64,000 nt of DNA from Fimicolochytrium jonesii. Its lineage: Eukaryota. This document shows, piece by piece, positions 50,310-64,000 of this stretch. The notes below the pieces were generated by a model. It made no database searches, was not told the origin of the DNA, and worked only from the letters and a program-made list of their open reading frames with translations. The translations under genes and the position numbers were made by a program. The stretch covers positions 1,240,001 to 1,304,000 of the forward strand of contig NW_026515669.1 of NCBI RefSeq assembly GCF_025526975.1, in the 5' to 3' direction. Positions within the stretch are counted from its first letter, which is position 1. Each line of letters opens with the position of its first letter.

Positions 50310-51313
50310 AAGGGAAACGCGCAACCCCTCACCCGTTCCGCAAGTTTCATATCACCTCTCCCTCGGATCGAGGGAGCAACTCTGCCTACCCCTACCCCTT
50401 TTGCTGGTTTCGTCGTCTACTGCTTCTTCGTTTTGCCGGGTTTGGGGCAACGAATGGTTTTGGTTGCCAGCGGTCCAATGCGGGAAGTATGGCATTGGAT
50501 GTACGCGTGGTGGAGTATTTAGCTTTTTCTATGAACTATTTGTATATACAAGTCGTACAGTTTCCTTCGTTGTAGCAAGGGAAAGGGAATGTGGGACCCA
50601 CCCCGACGCCCATTTTCACTAGATGAATTGCCTGCCGTCTTCCCCTGCGCTCGACTAGTGATGAAACATCAATCGGATCAATCTCACACCTGACTCCATC
50701 GATCAGAAGGGGAATGGGGTTAGCGAGCCTGATTGCCCTGATCCCGCCCGAGGAGAACATGCCAAGGAGAACATGCCATCTCCAGCGCCCGTTCCGTTGT
50801 TATGGTTGGTGCAATTCGCCCTCCGAAATCTCTCTTGATATTCCCTCAAATCCCTCAAATCCCACCACCTCACACCTACCGAAATCCGCCACCTCATTTC
50901 CACCCTCCTCCCGGACACACCCAAATGGACATTGTAACATACGCTGTCCTCATCACCGCCCACACCTGAGCCCGCCGACACCTTACCTTGGTTGAGAGGG
51001 GAGCAGAATCCCGCTCCCTTGTGGTAGATATGTAGAAAGGAGAGGGGGGTGCAGTACAGTGGTTGGGTACGTAGATAATTAGCTTAGACCCAAAGCCCAC
51101 CCCTGTCCCTCCCTTCCCGATGGCACTCTGAACCGAGTTGCATGTTGAATCCGCGACTTTGTGCAAATGACCGGCGGTTGTGTGTCTTTGACGGTTGTTC
51201 TCATGTCGCGGTTATGACCGGGGTCCGCCCGTTTGATCCCGTGTTGGGTATTGGTGCTTCTCCTATTGTTTTCTGGAAGTTCACCCAAACAGCCGCCTCC
51301 GCCGACCGTCTAC

Positions 51314-53285
<1,972 letters not shown>

Positions 53286-54126
53286 CGCGTGCATGTGATG
53301 TTCAGCATTTTATCATACACCAATTTCCCCAAAAGGACATGAAAGGGAGACAACACGCTGTGCGAGGCATCTCGGATTGGGCACATGCACGGCGGCAGTA
53401 ATAAACAGAGTTTCCATGTAGATAGAGGCCATTTTCTTGTTTTCCAACGTTTGCATCTATCTAGTGTCGCGCACCCCACCACCACCCTATTTCCGATACA
53501 CTTTAGTCGTCGTGGTTTCCTGTTCATCAACAATGTATTGCTCTTACATGAATTGCGCGCGAAGCACAAAAAGCGACCGCAACCCCTATCTCCCAGAACC
53601 CTCCCATTGGCGTGCTATATCTTTCCGGTGTCCAACCAAAGCGGTACAATCCACAGAAGTTCGCCCAACCCAAACAGCAATGACAACAGCACAAAGAGAG
53701 TAGCAAAAAAATGAGATCTGCTTGTAAAATATTCTGAGGCCGCGAAGGGAAAATCGTATATACCCGAAACAAAATAAGAAAACACGCGCAAATGGATGCC
53801 GTGGCACAGAGGTTTTGCTCCTCCCTACATATACATTTGCCACGTTTGCGAGTAATCGTGTCGGCACCTTTCCCTGCTTCCCTCCGCCAGCCAAGTCTAA
53901 AAAAACGTAAGACGCCTTCTTCCTCCCACCCGCTCCTCCAACATAAAATCCGACACGTCTCGAGACACGAAATGATGCAGCCGGCACGCGAACCTCGGCA
54001 AATGAAAACCCCCTTCACAACCCGCGCAGAGCCCTCCAGTTGACGAAACAGCATATGAGTTGGCTGTGATGATTCCCAGCATCCCACCATCGACCCCCGA
54101 CTCCGTCCCCACCACTAAGTTCCCTG

Positions 54127-56498
54127 TCAATCGCTCTCGTGGCGTCCAAAACAACCGAACATCCGCTTGTACCACTTCCGCTTCTTCCGGCGGCCGCCAT
54201 CCGTCGCTTGGGCAGCTGCCTCGCCTGCCGTCGTTGTCGGGCCAATAGCGTGGTGTTGTGCGGCCGCTGCAGACGCTGCCACCGCCTGCGGTGGCGTTTC
54301 CAGATGGCCGGCCCCACCAGTGGTTTTGACTTGCTGCGCAGATGCACGCCCAGCAGCGGCGGTGGAGATCGAGGAGGCGGGGTCCGCCCGCGGAGAGCCC
54401 GCAACCGACGATCCTGCCGCGGTGCCGGCGGTCAGTGGGTTCTTATGAAGCGCAGCGGATGATTGGCGGGTCGCTGGGTCTACGGGGGGCTGCTTGACGA
54501 TAGGCGGGATCTTCGCGTCATTCACCCGGGCGGCATTTTGAGACGAAACGAAGGAAGGGAAGTAGTGAATGCGGTTCATTAGGGCAGGAGACGAGTGCAC
54601 GATCTTCCGCTCGTATCGCTGCCGCGCCTCCTCCTGTCGGACGCGGAGCGCACGTTCCTTTTCCACTCGCTCCTCCCTCTCCCTGCGTTCGTCTTCTCTC
54701 CGCTCCTCTTCACTCATGGTGGCACGGATTTCATCTCTACGGCGCTTCGCCGCGCGCTCCTGGTCAAGGACCTCAAGCCAATCGTAGAGCCCGTCATCCT
54801 CAAGCCCGTGTCGCTTCATAACTATATAATGCGAAGGAAATATTCGAAAGTCAGTTTCCTTTCAGACGACGAGGACCAGGCTCAAGAAGATGCTGAAGAG
54901 AAGACAATTACCCTGGTCGATCATGTCAATCATGCCTTCGTAATTAGGCTCTTCGTCGAAATTCATATTTCTTGCGTAGTCAAGTAGATATCCAAACTCT
55001 GGGGGGTTCGGATGGCCCAGAGCCTCGATGCTCACGGCCTGCTTCACTTCTCCGATTCGTTCGTACTTTTGCCTGTTCGAGTTCGCCCGCAACCCTTGCC
55101 AGGGGAGGTGGGAATTGAGAAGATAAAAAAAGACGTGGCATAACGCTTCGATGTCATCGCGACGGCCTTGCTCTATTGTAACATACAGATGAAGATGACG
55201 CAGATGTAAGTAAAAGACTCAACGACACAGCTGGCAACCGCCTCGACTTTTGAGTTCGAACATACCTCTGCCAAGATGTGTGTGAATCGACATGTATCGC
55301 GCGGTGCCTGACAAGGACTTTTTCTCCCTAAAAGGGATATGGATGTGCGTGCGAGGGTCGCGGTACTGTTTAACCATACCGTAGTCAACGAGATACAGTA
55401 GGGAGCATGGCGATGGGTGTTGGGGCGAGTGGTTCTGCACAATCGAGTACGGGTCTGGGGAACTGGGGTCGTCTGTTACTTTTTCGTTGAAACGTGGTAT
55501 CCGCCCGATGAGAAAGTTATCCGGCTTAATATCCCGGTAGACGAGGTTCCCTTCATGCACTGTTTGCATTCGCCGAATCTGATGGGAGAGCAGAGAATTA
55601 GGATGTGCGACATTGAACGACAACGACATGAACTGATGAACAAAGATGCTCGATGGCCCAGATGGCTCCCCACGTTCTCCCACATACCATATTCTTAGCC
55701 AGCATGCACACAGTCTTCAGAGTAAAGTGCCGTCCGCAAAGGTCGAAGGCGTCCTCTAAACTGGGTCCGAGGAGTTCCAAGACCAGAACCGAATGGAGAC
55801 CTTCTTGCCCAAAATAATAACATTTTGGAATACCAGCTGGATATTCCAAAGGAATGAAGGGGAAAGGAACGTGCGTCAGAAGGTGGTCGAGATAGCCGTG
55901 GGAACGAGTGGGTATGTGGTAAGGACTTTAGAGAAGACAGATACTTACGAAGCCCAACGAGCAGTTTGTATGTCCGGTATTCGTCACGGAGCTGTGGTGT
56001 TTCGGCCTTCCTCGGCTCGAACTTGATTGCGATCTGTTCGTTGGTCTTGAGGTTCGTCCCTGTGTGTACGGGAACAAAGGAGGAGCGTGAGACATGCAAT
56101 GTCAAAAAGATTGGAAGTCACATGCACGTCAAAGGAGTGCACAACTACGGGAATTGGATTACCATACCCTCGTAGATGATACCAAAACTGCCTTCCCCAA
56201 TTTTCTTGCCAACCTTGAAATGCCCCCCAACGACCGTCGGCCCCGATGATGTATAAGATTTTGTGGAGGACGAGCCCTGGTGGTGGTGCCGAGCTCGCGA
56301 CGACTCGTGGCGATTGACGGCTGTCGCGGAGCCAGCCTGTCCTCCTGCAGCGGTAGCTTGAGGCGCGAGGCCATTTCCTGAAGCCGTGGACCCGTGAACG
56401 GCGCCGTTCGTGGGGACGCTCGATTGGTGGGCGTGGTTTTGCGTTTGACCTGGCGGCTGCAAAGCCGACCCGCCTTGGTCGTCACTCAAGTCTGGCAT
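54127..56498 (-). CDS. Casein kinase I (Yck/CK1-gamma-like), multi-exon
   Basis: [70 protein letters not shown]; basic/Cys tail [13 protein letters not shown]. Confidence 0.93.
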
Positions 56499-57268
56499 GA
56501 GCGACCTTTTTCGAGAGCGCTGCTGCTGGTGGTTCTGGTGGAGGTTTGGCGGTGGTGGAGCGGCGAGAGAGTCTGGCTGAGGGGTGGTGTTTTTCGTTGC
56601 AGCAGCGAACGAGCGGGGGTTGGCTGGGTCAGCAGGGAGCAGTTGTTGTTGTGGTGTTGGTCGTGGGGAGTCAAGTCTAGTAGGTCGGTTGGTGCTCTGC
56701 AGCGGCCGAGAGGCATTTCCTCGCAGACCAGCGGCTTCCCACACAGTAACAGTACATTTATGTCCGGTTCGCTTCAAGCTAACTCAAATTAAATAACGCG
56801 TGGGGCAAAACACCAAACAAGACTTCTGAACAAGACGCCGTTGGACCTCCGAACCGAAGCAGTTCTAGCAGTCCGTGGGTGCTCCCCTACTACTTCATCA
56901 TCTACTACTGTACAACAGGGACACCGCCCACCAACACCGTTAGCTTCGCAGATACGATGCGCATCGCTGTCTGGGCCGTCCACTTTTCCATTTTGTCCCT
57001 CCTTGCCCGCTTCTTCTACGTCGTGCTGAACATAAGATATCCCCTTGATTACACCTATAACATCATACACCATCCCCACCCGATTGCTTGCCCTTGCCAA
57101 AATACGCTGCATCCTCTCCAAGGAGTTGATGCCTGGCTCGCTCGGGTCGTCCGAAAGTACATGTTGTCGTTGTTGTTGTTGCATGATTGACACCGTCAAG
57201 GAACAAGCAGAAGGTCGCCAGGAAGAGACGAAAGCAAGCACGTGACCTCTGTATTCCACGTATATATA

Positions 57269-57292
57269 GTGAGTGAGTGAGTGAGTGAGTGA
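57269..57292. repeat. (GTGA)6 microsatellite in the CK1 / LEA-MAPEG divergent intergenic region
   Basis: Read directly from sequence. Confidence 0.85.
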
Positions 57293-57581
57293 GGGGGAGG
57301 AGGGTGACGTATGTATGTGAAGCCAGGAGCGAATGACGTGTTCTGCTCCACGCACGCGACTTGTTCCTGTGGCTTCCCGTCTCTCGCAGGCTCGCTGCTG
57401 CAATAAAAAGGCACCCACGCCCCCCCTCTCATCTCCCCAGAACACAACAAACCGGTCCATACGATCGCTCTGATCTCCAACTGCCTCACCACCCCCTACA
57501 TACATAAGCACTAGTGTTTCACGCTTCTGCTAACTATACACACTCCACTATCCACACTTCACACCTCCACACACAAACAAA

Positions 57582-60058
57582 ATGGCTGATCACGACCACG
57601 AGCACTACCACTACCACCGCGAGCGCACAGAGGTCAAGGAGACCGAAGATATCGACGACGACTTTGAGTGCGACGACGAGGGCTGTGTCAGCTACGGCAC
57701 GGCTCACTCGCACGCCGGGAAACACGCACACCACGCTCACGCGCACCCGCACGGCAAGAAGTCGCCGGGGATCATTGCGGGTGTGAAGAGTTTTCTTTTG
57801 GGTCCGGCTGCGGACAAGGATGAATTTCTGGTTGAAAAGGAGGTCAAAGTCATTAGGACTCATACTTATGAGAAAGTACGTTGATTGCTTTGGATGAATG
57901 GAAAGAGAGTTGCGTGAATGGAGAGAAGGCAAGGGAGAGAAGGCGGAGGAGAGAGTGAGCTATCGAGCCGCCCATCAGTGCTTTTTGTGAGCGATGCAAG
58001 CATCACTGTATTTTCGGGGTCCAGTGCCCATAGTCCTCAGTGGTATCGGGCCTGTCCTGTAGAGCCTTGATCTGATGAAACCTTTTCCCAATTCTTAGGA
58101 CGGACACCACGTTCACGATAAAGTCGTTGACGGCGGACACCGGATACACGACAAGGCAGACCGCATCGAAGACAATGTGCGAGAGGGCACTAAAAACCTC
58201 AAAAACCAGGCCGAGGATAGCGCGAAAAGATTGGGCAGCAAGGCGGAGCGTACCGCGAAGGACTTGAAGCGGAAAGCGGAGAACGCAGAGGCTGAAGTTG
58301 AGAAGAAGGTACGTCGATATTTTTGGTCTGTCTGAGGCTTTGAAATGACTGGAAACTAATCTCTCATTCCTCACAGGCTGAAGGCTTCTTGGGAAGCATC
58401 TGGTCCGGCATCAACAACGCCATCGGCGGTGGGCAGAGGAAGATCCACGAAGTCGAAGGCGAGGCAGAACACAAGTACAAAAAGGCAAAGCACGACGCTT
58501 CCAAGACGGCCGATGAGTACAAGGATAAAGCTGAACGCGTCAAGGGAGACGTGAAGTACCAAGCCGAGAGAATCAAGGGTCAAGCCAGTGACAAGTACGA
58601 CGAAGTGGTGGACGCAGCCGAGCGCGCGAAAGCCGACGCAAAGTACCAGGCTGAAAAGGCAAAGGGCCACGTCAAGGAGCAGTACGGGGATGTAAAGGAT
58701 AAGGCTGGCAAGAAGGTCAACCAGGTGAAGGGCAAGGCCGGAGAGGTCAAGGACAAAGCAAAGTCCGAGATTGCGGAAGCTGCTGACAGGATTGGTGCCG
58801 AGTACGCCAAGGCCAACAGGGAGGCTGCGAAGAAGTACCAGGATGCGCGAAAGGGTGTCGCGGAGGGTGTCAACAAAGTCCAGGAGACCGCTGACCAAGC
58901 GGCCAAGCGCGCCAAGGCCGCTGTTGACGAAACAGGCCGCCGCGTCAAGGACCATGCGGACAGGGCCGCTGGCGCTGTTGGCAAAGCGAAAGAGAATGTT
59001 AAGCAACGTGTTGAAGATGCCGCCGACTACGTACAGGAAGAGATCGACGAGACCACCGGTGCCATCAAACGCAAAGCCCACAACGTCAAGCAAGGGGTGA
59101 AAGACACCGCCCACAACGCCAAGCAAGGCGTGAAGGACACAGCCCACAATGTCAAGCAGGGCGTTAAGCACGCCGCCGATGATGTCCGCGATTCCGTCCA
59201 CCACGGCATTGACAACGTCAAGACAGGTGCCGGCTCCATCTTCCACAGGGTCGAGCAGGCCGCCGAGTGCCTTGGTTGCGTCGGTCCCAGGACGCAAGGA
59301 TACCACCAGAAGGGTCACCACCTTCACGCACAACCTTGGGGTGGCCACGACCTTGTCAGTCCCTACAACGCCAACCCTGTACCTGTTACTGCGTTCTACA
59401 CTGCGCTCAGCACACTTTGGTTCTTGTGGCTTGCTAGGTATGTATCCTATTGTGCCTGTATGGGTTTAAGGGATGATTTTTAATTTCATTGTCTTCATTT
59501 CCGCTTTAACAGACGCGTGTGGCGCGCTCGCAACTATTCCAAAATCTACCTCGGTGACGGAACCTATGAGCTCGCCCATGAAGCAATGCGCGACGTCGTC
59601 GTCTCCGAAACCACCATCACACCCACCCGCGCCGAAAAGACCACCGCCACGATGCACGTTGAGGACGACCGCAAGGTCCCGAAGATCAAGCAGCTTCTCC
59701 GCGCCACCGAGGCTCGCCGCGCGTTCACGAATGTTGTCCCGCTGTACTTGATCCTCCTCGCCGCTTTGGAATTGGAGGGCGCGTACAGGCCGTTGCTGCA
59801 TTTGCTGAGCGTGCTGTTGTTGGCTGGGAACATTGCACACACTGAGTGTAAGTACTCCATCAAGCGGAGGCTGACTCTCTTGTCGTTCATTATACTCACC
59901 AAGTCCCATTATTTCCTCAAACAGACGGCATTTTCAGCCCCAAAGGCCGCGGACCAGGCCGCGCTATCGGCTCAGCCCTCACCACGGGCGTCCTTCTCTT
60001 CGGAGCCATCAACGCCATCTACCTCGCTGTCAGCTGCCAGGGATGCCCTGTTGCGTGA
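57582..60058 (+). CDS. His-rich + LEA-like repeat protein fused to a C-terminal MAPEG-like membrane domain; exons 57582-57875, 58099-58308, 58377-59437, 59513-59847, 59925-60058
   Basis: All four GT-AG introns preserve one frame; A/K/E/D-rich amphipathic repeats; C-terminal TAFYTALSTLWFLWLARRVWRAR..IYLGDG..LLRA..FTNVVPLYLILLAALELEGA..LLHLL..GNIAH.YG..GPGRAIG follows the YecN-type MAPEG pattern. Confidence 0.8.
59076..59174 (+). repeat. Three tandem 33-bp coding repeats (AHNVKQGVKDT-type 11-mers)
   Basis: Units start at 59076, 59109 and 59142. Confidence 0.9.
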
Positions 60059-60848
60059 AGAGAGCTCTCAGTGTGGAAACTGATTTCGCATGTCGTTTTT
60101 GTGTTTGTACATAACTGCAGATTCGGGGAGGGGCATTTGGCGGGCTGCAGCGTGGATGAAGCGGAGGATTTGACATGGGCACCGGGTGGGGCTTCGCACG
60201 CAGCACGCGCGATTTATGATGAGGATCGGTGGGGAAGTTGGCGCCTACTTATGCACGGCCTTTGCGTCGTGATCTTAGTATCCCCTAGCTTTTTTCTCTT
60301 AATAAGATGCCTGATTTCACGATGTCTGATGTGTGTTTCGCGGAGAGAAGGGCTCGGCTCATATGGAGCCGCATGAGGAGAGGCTGAGAGCGGGTGCGGC
60401 GAGCAAGAGTGCCGAAAAGGCTCTGACCCACATTCGGGATGGACCACCCGAGTAGAAAATCATTTATACAAAGAGTGTCTCGTTCGCAAGTCTATCTACA
60501 CTATGATAACATTGCTAAACAACCCGGAACTATGTGTATGGACCAGATTCGATGCATTGTGTCGCGGCAGAAACGTTCGCGAGGGTATACAACATGTCAG
60601 GGGAACCGCCAAGGCGGACCGACTACTAGCTAATGGCGGGCTTTATTGTTAAGGGTATCAGCACTCTAGCTTGGGGTGGAGATATATCTCCATCAAGGCT
60701 TTGTATTCTTCCCAGGCATCGAAGGTATCGCTTTTCGTGCTGTGCCACCACCGACGCATCCAGAAACGCACAAAAACATGTCGGGTCAAGACGACTGCCC
60801 TCCGTCTGCGCCGCCGGGTTCTCAGTATCCCTCCCTCATCTGATCGCG

Positions 60849-63800
60849 TCATGGACACCATTTAGCGATGACCCGGCTCAAACTCTGCCTATCCGCGGGC
60901 TTCGTCAGGAAATCCGACATGCCGGCGTCCAGGCACCGCTGCTTGTTATGGTCCATCACGTCCGCGGTCACCGCGATGATGGGGACTTCGCGGTACCATT
61001 GTTTTCGCGCTCTCTTGTATGCTGATGATGAGAGGGGCGGTGGGTGGAGGTGGGTGTGGGATGATGAGGAGGACCCGCTGCTGGTGTGGGTCGGGAGGGG
61101 TGGTGTGGCGATTTGGGTGGCCGGTGTGGGGAGGGTGTCGGGTTTGAGTGGTGGTGATGTTGGCACGTCGGACGGTGACGGTGATGTGGGGGTGGGTGTG
61201 GCTGTGGAATCATCGTCATTGTCCTCATCGGCTTCTTCGCCCTGTTGACGGATCCGTCGACTGCATTCCCACCCGTCTAAGCCGTCGCCTAGATTGCAGT
61301 CCATGAGGATGATATCGTACGGGCGTGGGTTCTTGAACGATGCAGACGATTCCTCCAATTCTTGGACACATCTATTTGATGCCGGACTTTCATAATCGTC
61401 ACCAAGAATCAGTGAAAGTGCTGCACACCCGGTGGCCGCGCCGGATATGGTATGTCCCATCAACGTCAACATCCTCGTGAGCAGTTTCAGATTCGTGGAG
61501 TTATCTTCGACAATGACGATTTTGAGCGGGCGCTGCCGGGCTATCGGGATGCCGGGGAGGGTAGGGAAGGACATTGTCATGGTCGTCGGCTTTCTTTGCT
61601 GAGATAGCGCGGGCATTGAAGCTGAGTGAGGTACATTGTGCATCATTGTGCGGGCATCCATCTGCGCTTGTAGGGTCAGGATCGGTGGGCTGTCCTGCGG
61701 CGTCGGTCCAACGATCTGATGCAACTCCCTCATGCTTTTCGAGGCTGCCTCCTTCGGTGGTGGTGGTGAGATCGCCAACGACCCATGCGACCGAGTAGGC
61801 GAGTCCATACTCCCATACAGCGACCGGTTCCGCGGTCTGGCCTCTTCATCCGACTCCCGTCGACTCCTCCGGCCATTCACATCGCGATGGCCGAACCGTA
61901 CCACGAACGACAGCCGTGAGCCTTTCCCAACTTCGCTTTCCACATTGATCGACCCGTCCATCGCGTCTACGAGCCTCGAGACGAGGTAGAGACCCAATCC
62001 AGAGCTGTCGGAGGTCAATTGCTGGTTGGTGGAGAAGGGTTGGAAGAGCTTTGATACCAGCGTCGGGGACATGCCTACACCGGTATCCACGACGGCGACG
62101 TGCAGGACGTGCTGCCATTCTGGTGTCGACGTGTGACGCGCTTCCACTTCGATGGAGCCTGACGGCGTGCCTTTCACTGCATTGGATATCAGATTGTTGA
62201 GCACTTGCGCCAATCGCTTGGGATCACCCGCGATCTCATCCATGTCGTTTTCGCCCGTATGTATATGGATATGGAAATCGATTCCGTGGAGCTTCGCTGC
62301 AGGCGTCCAGAGGGTTTTCATATCGCTGAAGAACTCCTTCAGCGAGAACGTGACCGTTTCCACCTTGAATTTACCGGACTCTATCCGCTGCAGCTCCAGC
62401 AAATCCGAGATCAAGCTAAGCAGCGAACGACTACTACTCAAGATCGTCGAAATCAGCTCCTGCTGATTATCAGTCAAATGGGTATCAGCGAGCAGCTCCG
62501 ACGCCGCGACCAGGCTGTGCAACGGAGTCCGCAGCTCGTGTGAGCAGCAGCTGAGCAAGAAGCGGGTAGCTTTCGAAGCCTCCAGAGCGGCTTGCTCGCG
62601 TATGTCCGCCTCTGCCTTCTGCTGCTGGGCAATCTTTCGATCGGAAATGTCCTGACATACACCGACAACGCCGTGCCCTGCCAGATCGGGCGAGAAGGTG
62701 ATGTAAAGCCATCGCTCCTCGAACAACACTTCTAATGAGAGCGATTCATTTGACAGCGATGCCTCCGCTGCTTTGACCAATGCTGGGTAATCCTTGAACA
62801 CCTCCACGTAGGATCTCCCAACCGTTTCCTGTTCAGGCAGGAACCGGCTCGCGAGAGCACCGCCCAATTTCCCTTCCACCAGCGTGAAGATCCCTTCAGA
62901 GTCCATGGACCAGACAAGCAACGCATTGGAGTGGAGGAGAGCGCTCAAGCGATTCCGCGTTTGCGCCAGAGCCACCATTGCTTGTCGTTGGTCATTGATA
63001 TCCGTCAGCGTTCCAATGTACCGCATGACCACACCGTCCTTGTTACGGACTGGAACGGCCCGCGCGAGATGTGACCTCCATGCGCCATCCTTCCTTTTCA
63101 CGCGGAACTCGGTCTCAAAGCGGCCTGAGGCGTTGATGGCGTCAGTCCAGGCAGTTGCGGTGGGCGTTACGTCGTCCGGATGTACGAATCTGGGTAGGAT
63201 ACCCGCCCAGTCCCATTGGCCTCGTTCGATGGGGCCGCAGCCCGTGTGCTCGTAGAACTTTTTGTTTAAATATGAAACCTTCCCTTCGGCGGACGTGGTG
63301 TATACGATTTCCGGGAACGCCTGAAGTAATATAATATCGGTAAGCTCACGTCATGCATGCTGCGTAACATCGCAAAAAACGCCGCGCAACTCACCTCAGC
63401 AATGAGCTTGAAGCCGTCCAGATCTGTTATGGTATCCAGAGCTCGTCTCAGCAGCTCGTTGTTCTCGCGCAGCTTCTGTTCCCTCTCGACCCTCTCGGAG
63501 ATATCGTGCATGACCACGACAGCCCCAATCGTGTTCCCATCCGTATCCTGCAGTGCACGTCCAGAGCATGAGACAACAACCTTCGGCAAGCCATGCGGAG
63601 CAATGATTATCTCCTGTCCATGTAGTGGTTTCCCCTGATGCGCTCGAACGAGTGGGATCTCATCAGCAGGCAATGCCGTGCCATCGAGTCGGAACAGATC
63701 ATAAGTACCAGCCCATTCCGACGAGTTCAAATCGTGTCGGACGTCCAAGCCATGGAAGGACTTGGAGACGTCGTTGAAGAGCGTGAGTTTCCCGTCCGCA

Positions 63801-64000
63801 TCACACGCGACGACGCCAGCAGCGACATTTGAGAGCATGACGTTCAGTAGCTCGTTCGCTTTGAGCAGCTCGGCTTGGGTTTCCAATGTGTGCATCAGAC
63901 GGGATAGCTGTTGCCCGACCAATCCGACGACACGCTGCGCTAGTTCATCAGTCGATCTTCGCTCGGTTGAGTAAAACTCAAAGACTCCCACGACGATGCC
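60849..64000 (-). CDS. Hybrid sensor histidine kinase (GAF-like, PAS x3, HisKA, HATPase, receiver); 5' end beyond the window; intron ~63320-63394
   Basis: H-box SHELRTPL, GDPKRLAQVLNNLISNAVK, VVDTGVGM, SGLGL, GKGS; receiver IVEDNSTN..ILMDCNL..PIIAVTA..GMSDFLTKP; PAS/PAC ends HDISER, DINDQR, DISDRK. Confidence 0.93.

Noticed and set aside
58371..59348. 325-aa hydrophobic antisense ORF
   Set aside because: Shadow of the biased codon usage of the LEA-like repeats.

Overview
Eukaryotic, gene-dense, intron-rich (short GT-AG introns) fungal genomic DNA, most likely from a zoosporic fungus (chytrid). It carries a flagellar gene (CCDC42/CFAP73 family) and genes generally absent from yeasts and other Dikarya (nicastrin, TMEM120, CDKAL1, KIAA0930), next to typical fungal genes (BCK1-like MAPKKK, SYO1, RCN1, SEC62, CDT1, CK1, hybrid histidine kinase). 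About 23 protein genes were reconstructed by eye; exon edges are approximate unless stated, and family calls come from recalled motifs, not database searches. I found no rRNA, tRNA, CRISPR array or intact transposon. Main observations: (1) a 5-exon gene fusing a His-rich head and LEA-like 11-mer repeats to a degenerate MAPEG membrane domain with a CxxC/CaaX-like tail; (2) two candidate dual-targeted enzymes, an aspartate aminotransferase with a PTS2 between two in-frame ATGs and a YML020W-like hydrolase with a presequence-like N-terminus plus C-terminal SRL; (3) a dispersed intergenic motif (3 copies), two of them beside interstitial TTAGGG tracts; (4) alternating C-rich/G-rich blocks running through coding exons at 44-50 kb; (5) possible horizontally acquired modules (ascomycete-like MFS, bacterial-like GAF/PAS); (6) a decayed HExxH gene.
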